Notes: generated by a model not told the origin, from the sequence alone. Positions 13,093-26,299 are shown, counted from the first letter of the whole stretch. The stretch: DNA of 60,742 bases, filler included, from Hausera hauseri (GCA_046269625.1; 12 parts of 12 records of this genome joined end to end with filler, not necessarily neighbours in it), one strand, 5' to 3'. Program-made: numbers and translations.

Positions 13093-13981
13093 TAGAAAAT
13101 GTGATAATTTGTTTGAATAATGTCAATTATATTCGAAATATAAATTGATATGGAATCTTCTGGTTCTCTTACTTACTTAAATCTTTTCTTTTCTTAATGA
13201 ACAACTAATACAAGGAAATCAGTTTAGCAATAACAATGTTTCTATCTGAAAAAATGACTATATTAATTTAAGACCTAAAATTATATTCGTTTCTAATGTA
13301 AATTTCATGCCATTACTCCATAGCAACGGAATTACAATTTTTATCAGAAAAATTAAGTCTCATTTTTGTGGATTTACTATAAAATGATGAAATCGTAAAT
13401 CCGCGTGCAAAAATGAGTTACTTTGGGACAGATAAACAAACTATAGTACCTGTATAGAGACATATCAAATTGATTTTCCTGCCAATTGTTAATGGTAAAT
13501 GTAGATCCATTTAGTTGGACAGTAAGATGGATATCATTAATGAAAACACGGGCAAGGAAATATTTAACAGAAAAATAGAAATTATTGAAAAAATTTTGCC
13601 GAATCAAGACATTTGTTTATTTTGCGGCAAAATGTTGATGTGACATTCGAAAACAAATTTTAAGTCAAATTTCATTAATTACTGAAAGGTCAACAAAATG
13701 GAATAAATCGATACGTTTCGCCTTTGCAATTTAATAAACTGGGGAAATAAATGAGAATTGATCATGCATGTGTTTCTGTTACAGATTTTTGTTGAGTTGC
13801 TTCAAAATCTGTTTTAATGGATGACAAATTGGTTGAAATATTTTTAATAATTAATAAAAATTTATGAGAAATGATGAAAATCAATGCAAATTGGACATAC
13901 ACACACTCACAGACACAACAAATGAATAACTAAAATAAAAATCATAAAATAAAAGCAGTCAAATAAATTTTGTCATGTTCG

Positions 13982-14842
13982 TCAATCAGAAATTGTGCAT
14001 TTGATGAAAATGACGTCATTTTTCATTGCATTTTGATTTGTCTGCAATTCTGTCCAACTGATGAATTGAGGATGTCCTAATGCATTATTTGCATGTGCAG
14101 TTGGTTTTTCATAAGAATCTGCAAATTCATTTTTACTATTTTCATAACTGAAATCAAATGATTTGTAATTGTCACCATTTTGTTGATTGACAATGGCCAA
14201 TTTGATTTTCTTCTTCATTGGCCACTGCAGTACATCATCAAATGGACCTTTACAAATGGCAAAAAATAATGACAAATGAGTTCCTTTGCCACCACCATTT
14301 CCATTGGGATCCAATTGCATTTTCATGCGGTATCCATTGCGATGAGTGAAAAAAGTCACTGTCGATAACTTCGTTGTTTCCTGCTGCTGCATTTTGTCGT
14401 TTATCAGTCATATTATCCACACGCCACACAAATTCACCACAATTTATCATTTCCTGCAGCAAAGTCATGTCGAATTTCATCAAATTTCCTCACCTGCGTC
14501 AGTCTCATTTTATCCAATCCATCCACGAATTTCTTCATCTCATTCTACAAAAACATCACAAACCAAACAAACCAGCAGCAGTTACCAACCTTATTTGCCA
14601 ATTTCAATTCATTCTAAAACGGCACAAATAAACAACTGCAAATTCAACAAATAAATTCCTGCCTGACTTTTCTGTAAATTTTCTTTCATTTCTGCATTTT
14701 CTTTCGTCAATTTAGTAACATCCGCTGTAGCAGATTCCTTGTAAAATGAACAAGTTCATCAAATTTTCATTTCCTTATGCACAACAGATAATTTCTCACC
14801 ATTTTCAAATTCCTCCATCTGTTGTTTCATTTCATTCTCCAT
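13982..14842 (-). CDS. TRAF-family coiled-coil + MATH protein, multi-exon, frameshifted as given
   Basis: GEFVWRV...GYRMKMQLDPNGNGGGKGTHLSLFF..KGPFDDVLQWP...LGHPQFI...NDVIFIKC is a TRAF MATH domain. Phase-0 introns at 14454-14493, 14545-14589, 14614-14662 (GC-AG) and 14738-14799. Confidence 0.9.
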
Positions 14843-16505
14843 ATTTTTTAGTAATATTGGTATTTACATACACGACAAATTTTATTGAAATCTGCGTTAG
14901 ACATCCCAATAGTGTTCCTTATCAGGTTATGTTGACTTTTTTGTAACACAAATAAATTATTCTAACTACCAATCCCTTTAACCTGCGTAAGGACAGGGGA
15001 ATGCATTATTTTATGTTAGACTGCATATTTACCACCTTTCTCAATCTTGCTTAGAAATGATGCATAAATATATACTGTTTTTGTCGATCCTTGACGAAAT
15101 CTTCACTCATTAATACCTATAGGCTTTGTGTATTAATAGAATATGTTAATATTACAATATTCGGAGTTTCGAATAAATCTGGTATACTGATAGGGATCAA
15201 TTTTGACTCAATAAAACAATTACAGTCAAGCTGGTCTTCTTGGACTAAACAGCCATTTAAAATATTAAATGTTATTTTGTACAAAAACACATTAGGTGCG
15301 GGAGAAAAGGTCGTGCAAATACATCATGAAGCTGTAATTGTCTTTAACAATATGATTAAATTTTGTGAAATGTAACAAAATAAAAATTTAGAAAACGGAT
15401 ACCAGAAGAATTGTGCATGATTTATCGAAAAAATAATTTCGTAATCACTGAAAGAATGTTTATCCCTGGGTTTTGTTCTATCGGCAATAGTCATCAGTAA
15501 AAGTCAGGACGATTAAGAGGAATATGCTGAGAATGGTCAACATTACATTTGATAGATTTAGCGATGATGGACAGATATCGTTAAGTCAAGTTTCGTTCAT
15601 ATAACAAAAATAGTTAGAGCTTGCTTTCACGATATAACTTATGATAAAATATTAGTGCACGATACCAGCTGTGTTACTGCTGTAGCATGCAGATCTGATC
15701 ATTCTTGAGTTATTTTTTGAGAAAATAAGTTACCTCTGGTGGTTTTACAGCGGTGGGTTGACAGGATCAACTACTAATCATGCGTGATACATATCTTGAC
15801 AATCAAAAGTGTTGTCAATCATGCGCAATGAAAATAACGTAAAAAGAAATTAAACTGAATCCGTAATTCTTATGAACTGAAAGTCTACAATGCCATCCTT
15901 AAAATATCAATAGTTGAAATAAAGTCATTGATTTAAAGTTTTTTACAAACATTATTCCAATTTATCATAACCTAAGTAGTCCATACTGTAAGGCTCCGAG
16001 CAAATTCCATGGCGGCACTTTATGTAAGGTAATCAAACACAAAAGATTACACATTAAAAAATATAATATTTTATCTCAAAATCTAAGATAGTATGTCTGC
16101 GCTGTTACCGTTCAGTGTAACTATAAAAAGCATATTGAATATGAAACTGCTGGTCTTTAGTCTCTTGCATTAATTCGCCGATTTTAAATGTATCAAATTA
16201 TGATACGGAACATGTATCAAATAGCTAACTGCTCTTAGCGAGAGAGATTATCAAAAATCCTACAATTATATCAAAAAATTAAAAAACTGCTGCACATAAA
16301 CATATCTCAACGGATTCTAAATTAAATTAACCAAAATCATGTTCACAAAATATTCACAATTTATAGAAACATTTTCAAGTAAGAAAGTAATTGTCAGATT
16401 TCACGAATTTATTCCAGTGATATAGTATGTTACTTCAACAAAGTCTTAACTTAATTTTTTTGTTTTATCATTTTAACAAATTAAAAATATTCAAAAAGTA
16501 TTCAA

Positions 16506-16893
16506 ATGTCTAGGTTCGATTTTCTTTTGAATTTTATCACGGTTAACGAAGAAAATCTCAACTTTAGATTAGTGTTTACACCACTTGTTTTGTTTTATAT
16601 TCCACTCGGATTGATTTTGGTTTTAATCCGAAGTCTTCTTTTTATTTATGTATTTTTAGCATCTGTAATTTTGTATACAGTACCACCCATCAAAAGGTTT
16701 TTAAATGGTTTATCAATTATCAATAGTTAAACCTAGATAATTTAGAATAACTTTAAGATTTATGTGTTCGTTCCTTGGATTTTTAATAACAAGTGAAGGA
16801 AAACCGTGTTGTTCACCTGATCAGCCATTGGTTTCTAATTGTGTAACGCTGTTTGATCATATGGGACTAAATTTGCTGACGAATTGCGTTACA
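16506..16893 (+). CDS. AUP1: Ancient ubiquitous protein 1 (lipid-droplet/ERAD factor), 5' exons
   Basis: LFYIPLGLILVLIRSLL...KR|ITLRFMCSFLG...LVSNCVTLFDH..LNLLTNCVT matches the AUP1 N-terminus. Intron 16697-16745; next donor at 16894. Confidence 0.85.
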
Positions 16894-17023
16894 GTAGTTT
16901 ATTATTTTAGTGATTATTGTGAANNNNNNNNNNNNNNNNNNNNNNNNNNNNNNNNNNNNNNNNNNNNTTAATTAATTAANNNNNNNNNNNNNNNNNNNNN
17001 NNNNNNNNNNNNNNNNNNNNNNN

Positions 17024-17860
17024 GAATCTAGTCCAATAAAAGCCGATAGTTGTTTACGGTCTCCGTCAACATATACGGGTTCGGTTAGATCCGTTAAAAT
17101 ATTGATTTGACGAAATACTTAGTAGAAACGTGGTTTATGTTTAGCAACAATGGGCCGTCCGCCGATTTTACCGAATTCTCGTTTCTTAAAACCCAGATTT
17201 CGTGACAATAGTTCATCAAAGGCAAAATGTGTAACATTATCATGTAGTGTAAACAAAATACGACCATCAGAGTTTAACTCAAATATCTTGAGAGCCAATT
17301 TAGCTACAATCTTGATGGTTGAACACAATTCTGTTTCCGTTTCTATAAGAAAACCAGTTTCTGGTTTATGAAAGTAAAAGAATGATTCAGTCTTTTGCCA
17401 GTTAACTGTAATATCGGTGGTTTTCATGGTGTTTTTCGAAAAGTTCAATTTTCACTAATTGTACTATGTCCACCGAGCTACATACCTTTCGAGGGCACAT
17501 TGATAGATTGAAAACCCCATGCCTGAGCGTCGGCTAATGATTTGAATTGAAATTCAATTGGATGTTTGTATTTCAGTACCAATTGACTGTTTAAATAAAA
17601 AATATAAACATGGAAATATTGCCGCTTGTAATTACGGACGTGAAATCCCTTAGAGTCTCAAACTAACTGCCAACGACTAGATGCAGGCGATTGTCTTAGT
17701 AGAGTATAGTATATTCCATTGTTCTCACGTAATGTTATTGTTGAAAATTTAAATGTGAATTCCGTCAAAGCCACTTCTCAGGCTCTCTGGTGTAAACCGA
17801 AGGGATGGTCCAACGCCATGGTAAACCGTTTAGCGGTATTGTTGTTGTTGTTGTCATGTT
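17024..17860 (-). pseudogene. Polinton minor capsid (penton) protein
   Basis: N-terminal NNNTAKRFTMALDHPFGL...*EVALTEF and C-terminal LSRNLGF...INILTDLTEPVYVDG match the Polinton penton pattern. Confidence 0.75.
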
Positions 17861-17874
17861 CTTATAATATGTTA

Positions 17875-18960
17875 CTATAAAGTACCAAATAAATGCCCAT
17901 CACTCAATCTGCAATGTAAATATCCAACTCCATGTAGTGTATTCGTGCTACTTGACGAGATATTGTTTATTCGAACCTTTGCCACGTAAACGTAGGTTTT
18001 CCTGAATACGTTATACATCGGGTTTCTCGGGCCGTATCTGCAGTTTCTGTTCGTAGAATTTACCGCGTATTTCTCCACCGTTTTCATCCTCTGACACGTA
18101 CATGATAGGTGTTTGTTTTGTGTTGATTGCCAAAAATCGGGAAACCTCGTCGCTCCAGTTCTAATTGAAATTCTTAATGAATGGTGTCGTACTTATTTTT
18201 AAAATACGTAGAATACGTCGAAACACGTAGGCATTTAATTGCTCTTTGTCGGTTTTGATAAAGCCACATGTTCAAATCATACATTACGTCAACCGGGTGC
18301 ATTCCGCTCATTTCGCTGCTTGTCCAGTGATTGTATGCATGAATATCCGACAGTACATCTACCCAGCGTTTGTTCCATTGATTCGTAAAGAATTTGTTTA
18401 GGTGACCGCGCAGTGTTCGATTAAATCGTTAAACGAGTGCAGCCTTGTATTGGGAAAACGCGGAGTAATGGTTTACGCCGAACTGTTTCAATACCGCTGC
18501 AACGTGGGCGTTGTAGAATTTCTTACCCAAATCCATTTGTAAATGCTTCGGCTGTTGTTGTTGTTGTATCAGTTTCTAAACAGAGTCAGCAATCTCTTTA
18601 CCGGATTTAGATTTCACAGCAATTGCACGTGCAAAACAACTATACGCATCAACGCATGTCAGCACGTACAGATACCTATCGTTAATGCTGGCGTACGGAA
18701 CCATTTCCATCAGATCCATTTGCCATACGTTATTTATACCAGTAGCACGGTATGCACGAGTTTGAAAGCGCCTTCTTATCGGTTTGTTCAGGCTGTGTGC
18801 TAATTGTTTCCTAAGCCAACGTTGGGTTTGTCGCCGAGTCTGTTTCACAGTCTTTGCCAGTTTGTCGGCGCCAGTATACCCAACGGGATAACGCGGTTCG
18901 AACTATACGTCGCCCATCGTTGCCGTCGGTGTTGTCGATGATGTCGTTTTTGTTAGCATT
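17875..18960 (-). pseudogene. Polinton retroviral-like (rve) integrase
   Basis: HSLNKPIRRRF...WQMDL...YVLTCVDAYS...LQMDLGKKF...RFNRTL...YN...MHPVDV, with several disruptions. Confidence 0.92.
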
Positions 18961-19069
18961 ACAGAAATTAGAACGAAACGTTAATGAAAGATTCGGTAAA
19001 CGTGGACAAAATGAAGAAAACCATGCACCCATATTTCAAATCACCATATAGTTACCGTCATTGTTTATA

Positions 19070-19403
19070 CTAAACTGTTCTGCCAATGATTCCACACAGT
19101 AATGATGTGACAATCAGTAGAACTGCACCAAGGAATCCGCCATCTTGCTGGTACATGACCTGTCCTTTCAGTCGTATACTACGAGCATTGTCAAGGCCAA
19201 TGAGCCGTTTTCGATACTTTAGTTTAATTCCGCTTTCCACTACCAATGTCAACGTGATCCACAACGATACTGTATAAAATTTCCATATAATCGTCCGCAA
19301 CAAATTGCGGGAATCATCGCAGCATGATTCTCTTTTGTCTCGTAGGTGTCTTGAGCAAAGCAATAAAGTACGGCTGACGTATTCATTTTTTGGACGTATT
19401 CAT
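19070..19403 (-). pseudogene. Adintovirus/Polinton small basic pX-like virion protein
   Basis: Basic helix LKYRKRL followed by QQDGGFLGAVLLIV (QxGG|FL protease-site-like motif plus an amphipathic tail). Frameshifted. Confidence 0.65.
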
Positions 19404-19569
19404 GCTGAGACGTAGTTGTTTATAACCGTTGCCACTGTGACGGTAATTTTCATCTAGTTGCTGCTGCTGTTGTTCGAAGCACAGAATTGATTAATCGCTT
19501 GACTGTAGCAGTTCCTTTTGATACACGTTTCTTGCCTGGCACCCGCTTGGTAGGTTTACGTTTAACAAT

Positions 19570-20238
19570 TTTTTAGGAAATTCTTCATTTTATCACAATC
19601 ATGTCGTCGATTTTCGAAATGTGTTTATAGACACACACCTTTCTGATTGAAAATGTCTGTTCGTACACACATATCATCGGGACACTGTTGTGTAAAGTCG
19701 ATGAACAAGTACCCGTGTGGCTCGGTCGTAGAATCATGATATGCATCTGTCAAGTAGGCTCGGTTGTGAGGAAATGCTTGTCGTGCAACATAATCAATGA
19801 CAGTCTGATCACGTGGATTTTGGAGCAACACCAAATAGTGTACGTTTAGATTTCTTGTTCAATGCTGTCCGCCCTGATGGAACATGTTTTGCGTAATGAA
19901 AATAACCGTCACACCACGGTGTCGAGCAATCTTTGTGAACAGGTTGTTGAATTCCAATTGTTTTGCAACTTCCTGAAATAAATTGTCAATAACAGTAACA
20001 TCACCGTTGCGTAATCTCAGACAAATTCTCATCAAACCCATCAATTACCGTTATGGATTTCAGTTTACAAAATTTCCGATGTGTCAAACGGGATTCACCA
20101 TCATCACCAACACCCTGATGCCAGTATATATGATTATACCTCGGTGAATGGAGCATGTCACGGTAGTTCTGCAATAGTTTACACAATGTGTATTTTGCCA
20201 CTTCTACTGGGGCTTACAAATCTGGAAAATGGCATCAT
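19570..20238 (-). pseudogene. Polinton FtsK/A32-like packaging ATPase
   Basis: Degenerate Walker A SPSRSGK, Walker B VTVIDNL, then LFTKIARHRGVTVIFITQN, LLQNPRD, PHGYLFIDF and RTDIF. Confidence 0.92.
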
Positions 20239-20343
20239 TCTGCAGCTTCATCTAGTAATAATAAAATAACCTGTCCTCATATTATTTGTTTATAATCGTG
20301 TTACACGCGTATAAATATCTCTAGTATAAACACTGTTTCCATA

Positions 20344-20859
20344 ATGTTAGCTAATATCAATTATCGCGGACATGTTACCGAGTGTGACATTAACACACTA
20401 CCTTTTATTCAATGGAAGAAGAGGCAGTATGTCCTCAAGTGTCCATCGGATTTTACATGCATCGTATTTCAATCGGGAAAGTGTCGTATTATGAGTCGTT
20501 GCAAACCAATCACAGATGATAAACTACTACCATTCGGGATTATCATTGAAAAAATCCAATCAATAACGGTAACGACTCAGTTAGACTACCACCAAACAAT
20601 CAATTTGTACAAATTATTAATGACCGCTGCTGAATGTACATATGAACCCGAACTGTTTCTTGCACTGAGACTGACATCGTTTTGTCCACTCTGTGTCAGT
20701 GCGTTTACCAGTGGAAAAATTGTTGTTCTCGGTATTCGGACAGTGGACTATAAACCGATTATTAATCAAATTAAAAACCACATAAATGTTTCAGTGAATC
20801 AAAATAATGTACATTGCACAACAACAACAAACTATAAATACAATTCCCATGCCCATTGA
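20344..20859 (+). CDS. TATA-binding-protein (TBP)-like protein
   Basis: Two TBP half-repeats: ANINY..CIVFQSGKCRI and IQSITVT..INLYKL..YEPELFLAL..PLCVSAFTSGKIVVLG. Intact and intronless, with TATAAA motifs just upstream. Confidence 0.88.
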   Translation: MLANINYRGHVTECDINTLPFIQWKKRQYVLKCPSDFTCIVFQSGKCRIMSRCKPITDDKLLPFGIIIEKIQSITVTTQLDYHQTINLYKLLMTAAECTYEPELFLALRLTSFCPLCVSAFTSGKIVVLGIRTVDYKPIINQIKNHINVSVNQNNVHCTTTTNYKYNSHAH

Positions 20860-20871
20860 GACATTACTACC

Positions 20872-21117
20872 ATGGAAGACGACGACAAAACGATTCTACT
20901 CAATGGTGCCAATGATGAAAGTTCAGTTTGGTCGTGGTTGTTTGGCTACAAAAAGGACAATTCTAATGTCAAAATGCTCGAACCACCTGTCCAACAATTT
21001 GAAAAACCGGGTGGTTGTCTGCAGGCCGATTGTCTAAAAACGGAACAGGAACTTGATCATAAAGCAGCAGCAAAACCGACGTTAAAAAGGCACATTGCAA
21101 TGATTGGAATACGTTAA
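20872..21117 (+). CDS. Small Polinton accessory ORF, possibly frameshifted
   Basis: ATG 12 nt after the TBP-like stop; no recognised family. Confidence 0.35.
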   Translation: MEDDDKTILLNGANDESSVWSWLFGYKKDNSNVKMLEPPVQQFEKPGGCLQADCLKTEQELDHKAAAKPTLKRHIAMIGIR

Positions 21118-21459
21118 CGAAACTCAAAACCGTCGGCGTCGCGCCAAACAGATATTTTTACGAAACGAATTTTTCGCAAGTACGAAATGCATTTTCTGCA
21201 AAGGCCCCTACTGATTTCATTGAATGATCCCGTATCTTTATGTGCACCCAAGTACAACTATCGTGTAAAACGGCTTTCGGGTGAAAATTGGGATAATCCT
21301 TCTGATGCTCTACATTACATAAACGTTGTTGTAAAGTTAAACGAAACGACCGTGCAAAANNNNNNNNNNNNNNNNNNNNNNNNNNNNNNNNNNNNNNNNN
21401 NNNTTAATTAATTAANNNNNNNNNNNNNNNNNNNNNNNNNNNNNNNNNNNNNNNNNNNN

Positions 21460-21860
21460 TTAATGACATATCAGCATTTTCTAAAATCAACTTTATTCCA
21501 ATACACATTATATCCTCTTTAAGCACTTTGGAAAATTCGTGCATATAAGTCAAATGTTCCAACGCGGTCTTTCCAGTACTGTCTTTCACATTTACCAACT
21601 TCGGATTTAATCTCAAAAGTTTCTTCATTATAACGGAATTTTTTTGAAAAACAGCCCAATGAAGTGATGTGAAACCGTACTTTCTGTCAATTGCACAGCT
21701 TACGGTCGGATGTTTACTCAAAATGAATTCCGATATTTCCAATTTCTTACAACGAATGGATAACTGCAAGTTTGACTCTCTGTTTTCGGCTTCGAAATAT
21801 TCGGCTTTAAAAGCATTTGAAAGGCTTCTAATTTTCGTTCATTTACGGCAAAATTGAGAG
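21460..21860 (-). CDS. Ankyrin-repeat protein fragment
   Basis: YGFTSLHWAV...KKLL...VNVKDSTGKTALEH. Confidence 0.85.
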
Positions 21861-21959
21861 GATTAAATCCACTGTTATTTTAGATTGATAAATCAACGGG
21901 AAACGTTAATACTTTATTAATGATCGTATGATAATCTTTGTTTTTAAAGGCTAAATGAG

Positions 21960-23856
21960 CGATGGTATCACCGTTGAAATCCAGTAATGGTTTTATTTGT
22001 GTCAATCTCTGTAGCTAAATTCGTGAAGCAGGAAATCTGGCCCGACAAAGGCCCGATGCGGCGGCGACGGACGCCCGGCCGTGTCCAACCAAATGGGCCA
22101 GAGGGCGCCGGCCGCTGTGGGCATCACATCACCCCCTGTGGCAAAGTGAAAACTATAAAGGGTAAAAGAGAAAGAGAGAAAAAACCGCAAAACGAAAAAG
22201 TGTTTGTGTCAGTCGGTCTTAGTGTGGACAAGACGTTGGGTGCTTTCTAATAATTTTTCCCTGCTATGCTTGCTGAATGTGACTCTGCGTGTTTTGTCTT
22301 TATGCTGTATGTTTGTTTGCAGAGGTTGAAATTGGGGAAAAATTGTCAAATTTCGTTGTAAGTGTTGTGTGATGCTAAGACGAGTCAGAAAGAAGAGAAG
22401 AAGAAGATGAAGGAAGAAGAGAGATTGTTGAAGACAAAGGAATGATTAAAGGTGTAGTGGAGGATAAAGGAAGAGAAAGAGAAGTTAGAGTAGAGGTTGG
22501 AATTGAATTGATGAGAAAGTGGAAGTAGAAGATGAAACAGAAGTAGTAGAAAGAGGTAAAGAGAGGAGGAAGTTGTGAAGCGAAAGTGAAAGGAGTAAAA
22601 GATGATGTGTGAGGAGAAAGGGGATAAGAAAGCACCGAAGATAAGGAAGGTGTGGAAAGAGACGGACAGAGCGAAAGAGAAGACGGCGAAGAGGTACAAG
22701 GCGAAAGAGATCGAGAAAATGGAGATGGCAAAGGAAAGTAGTTGGAGGGTGGTGTGGAAGAGGTTGGAATGATGAAAGGTGTAGATGGAGAGATTGATGA
22801 AGTCGAAATGGTGTTTGGTGGAGGAAGTGCTGTAAAAGGAAAAAGCAGGTTGTTGTGAGGGGACGAAAAAGATGGTGGAAGGCTTGAAGGTGCAAAATCG
22901 GATGGGGGAGAAGCAGCTGAATTGTGAGAAGAAAGTGAAGTGGAAGTTTTGGGAGAAAACGTAAGGGAAAGTGGATTAAGACATTGAGCAGAGATGGAAG
23001 GTGAATTGTTAGATTGTTTCGCGTCGTATAAATATGTTTGTGGAGAACTGACTTTGATGGCAGACGTATCGTCAATGGAGAAGGCCGGCTTAGCGCTGTT
23101 GATGTAGACGGTTACTTCTTTGTTGTCTCTGAGAATGATGATGTTGTGGGAGTGTAAGCGAATTACTTTGTAAGGGCCGACATACTGAGGTTGAAAGCAA
23201 CACGGCGTCTGATTCTTTAGCCAAACGAACATGGCAGTATATAAATCGTCGGGTATTTAGGGTTTATTTGCGTGTAATAGTCTGCAAAATGAGTCTTTGC
23301 TGATCTCAACGAAGTGCCTCTGTGCCGCTTGCATAGTTTCGTCTGTAGGAGTATTGTTTAGCTCAGCCAGCTCGAATAATGATCTAACGGAAGTGATAGT
23401 AATGCTTCTGCAGGTGAACAGCCTGTAGAAGTGGATGGTGTGTTCCGCCAGCCAAGCAGAACGTACGGAAAAAGTGTAGTCCAACTGCGATTGGACTCAG
23501 CGAGGATTTTGAGAGACGTTTTCATCGTTTGGTGAAAGCGTTCGAGAAGGCCATTCGATTGAAGATTATATGGTGACGTGTGAATGTGGTTAATTCCCAA
23601 TCGATTGATAAAAGCTTTAAACAGGTTGGATTCAAACTGTGGACCTTGGTCTGAAATGTTGTGGCGAGGTGATCCAAACCTGCTGATACAAACACGGATG
23701 AATACGTCTGCGATGGTTTCTGTGTTGGTGCTCCGAAGCGGGGCAGCCTCTGGCCATCGCGAGGAACAGTCCATCATTGTAAGGGTGAACTGATGGCCGT
23801 TATCTAAGGGTAATGGGCCTACAAGGTCAATATGAAGGGATTCGTAACGGGACGTT
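21960..23856 (-). mobile_element. Gypsy (CsRn1-like) 3' half: integrase, Ser/Pro-rich tail, PPT and 3' LTR
   Basis: HIDLVGP, SRWPEA, SDQGPQFES, NGLLERFH, YVGPY. PPT AGGGGGTGA precedes an LTR start TGTGATG at 22128; the LTR far end is approximate. Confidence 0.9.
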
Positions 23857-24549
23857 GTAGAATGTAGAATTTATATCTATATCGGCCATTGATCTTCTTA
23901 GACAATTTAAAAAAATAAAATATTCAAAAACTTTAACCCGACTTTGTTGGTGCATAAAAACATGAAATTCTGAGTTTCTTTGCACCAAATGGTACTGAGT
24001 TCCTTTGTACCACTTTAAATACTTTGGTAATAATAATGGGTGTTTTTCATTGTTGATTCCCATGAGGTTTTTCAAAACAAAAGTCACTTTAACAAGATAA
24101 ATCTTTATTAACAACGTTCAAAATTTTTATCTACTTTTCATTTCTAGAAATCGTGCATTTCAAACAAAATCTGTTTAACGAAATTACAAAACATGAAATC
24201 AAACTCTCGCCCATTAAACCTCCCGTTGCTGTTAAATGTCACAATTTTTATTTGATTAAATCCAAATTTTATTTGAATAATTAACGTATTACCCTTGATG
24301 TCCAATAAAAGTATCTCAACTTTGTGCAGTGATAAATAGTCTATTGTAGGGTTTTTAATTACTGTAAACGAAAAAAAACAGTTTATGTCCGTCTTATGGT
24401 ATTTGCATGTTTCGACATTCTCGGCTTGAGTGATTGACATTGTAATTGGTTTCACAATAAACGATAATCAACTGCTGATATCATTTAGTTCGACAATGTG
24501 ATGATAAATATTTCGTCAGTAAAACCAAAATAACAGTGGTAACACTACA

Positions 24550-25957
24550 GTACCCCGGTGGCAAGGTGTAACTGTAAAGATAAAGGAAATAGTAAACGAA
24601 CGTAGAACGATACAGTGTGGGCTAACTATGTGGTCTTCGTATGTACAAGTCGTTGTATTCCATCAGTATTTAGCACTCTACTATAGGTACTGAAGGTGAC
24701 AGATTTGTATTTTTTTAGTATCGTTAAATCTGTTTGATAAGTTCATGGAGATAAAACTATGTCGGACGTCGTCGTTGAGGGTGGTATATCGTTCAGTAAT
24801 GAGAAACTGGCTGGAGGGGAAAAGGTAGGAGAAACTGGAAGAAAAGTGGCGAGATTAGTGTAAGGAGTTTGAGGAGCAGGTTCTAGTAGCGGGGTAGTTG
24901 TAAAGTTTGCAGAAATAAAAATTGGAAAAGGCGGTGGCGTAAGAGAAAATGTAGAAGGTTCAGTCTGAGATGCATCATCAACGAAAAAAGCGGGATTTAC
25001 GTTGTTCATGTGCACCGCTTGTTCTTTGTCGTCTTTAAAAATAATGGCATTATGGGAATGCAATTGAACTAGTTTGTAAGGTCCCAAATACCATGGTTGG
25101 AAACCGCGCGGTGTCTGGTTTCTCAACCAAACGAATTTTGCCGAGTATAGATCCTACAGTACGTATGATTTATTGTTGTTCAAGATCCTACAGAAGGAAT
25201 CTTTGCTGACGAATACAAAATGGTTTTGTGCTGACCGAATAGCTTCGTCTGTCGGTGTATTTTCCAAGGCCGTTAACTCAAACAATAAACGTACAGGTTT
25301 TCCGAAAAGGGCTTCTGTAGGTTAACAACTTTTAGAAGTAGAATGTGTATTACGCCAACCCAGAAGAACAAGCGGGAGGACAGTAGTTCAACTGCTATTG
25401 GATTCTGCGAGGATTCTCAATGACGTTTTTAGTGTTCTGTGGAATCTTTCAAGATGACCATTCGATTGAGGGTGGTACGGTGATGTGTGGATATGTCTAA
25501 TTTCTAATCGGTTAACGAAAGATCTAAACAAATTGGACTCAAATTGAATACCTTAGTCTGTAATAATGAATCTAGAGGATCCAAATCTACTTATCCACGT
25601 GCGTATGAAAACGCTGGCGATCGTGTCCGTATTGGTGCTCCGTAGTGGAACGGCTTCTGGCCAACGTGATGAACGATCCATCATGGTTAGAATAAACTGA
25701 ATACCATTGTCGGGAGGAAAAGGGTCAACGAGATCGACATGAACAGACTCGAAACGTGATGTGTAAGGGAAATGGTATGAGGGTGGCTTTAAATGTTTGG
25801 TGATTTTAAATTTCTGGCGAGCTACGCACTCCTTAACCCACGCTTGCACATCAGAACGCATAGTTGGCCATATTACTTGTCGATGGAGCACCTTAGCACC
25901 AGGATGGTGCAGTGAATGTACACTGTTAAACGCTTGCCTTTGTAAAGGTGGTGAGTG
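24550..25957 (-). mobile_element. Second Gypsy (same family) integrase to PPT/LTR start
   Basis: HSLHHPG, WPTMRSDVQAWVKEC, HVDL, SRWPEA, YLGPY. The 3' end TTGCCACCGGGGTAC-TGTAGT parallels the previous copy. Confidence 0.88.
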
Positions 25958-26299
25958 CTGCTGGAGAGTTGTATTCGCGGTGGATTATGTGAGGTTGTGC
26001 ATAGATATGCGGAGGCTAATAATAAGCATATGGTGGACAGGTACGACGAAAGTAAAGAGTCCATGTACATTACATATCTGGATACAAATAACCTATATGG
26101 ATGGGCAATGTCACATTGCCTACCATATGGGGACTTTCAATAGATCACATAGAACGGTAAAATGAATAGTGATATTCTAAGTATAAGTCCCACAGCATTC
26201 ACAGGGTACATATTCGAAATAGCTGTTGATTACCCTGAGACTCTACATGCTGTGCATGATCAGCTACCATTTCTACCGGAAACGATTGAACCACCAAAT
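25958..26299 (+). pseudogene. Polinton pPolB fragment
   Basis: IRGG...RYAEANN...YLDTNNLYGWAMSHCLPYGDF...GYIFE..DYPETLH..HDQLPFLPE. Confidence 0.93.

Larger units (their letters stand above)
17024..21359. mobile_element. Polinton/Maverick (adintovirus-like) remnant
   Basis: Co-oriented packaging ATPase, pX-like protein, rve integrase and penton, plus divergently transcribed accessory ORFs. Confidence 0.92.

Noticed and set aside
15000-16000. Possible decayed transposase
   Set aside because: No motif recognised with enough confidence.
22375-23075. Three overlapping Ser/Pro/Phe/Leu-rich ORFs as separate genes
   Set aside because: A pyrimidine-rich low-complexity tail of the integrase keeps all frames open.
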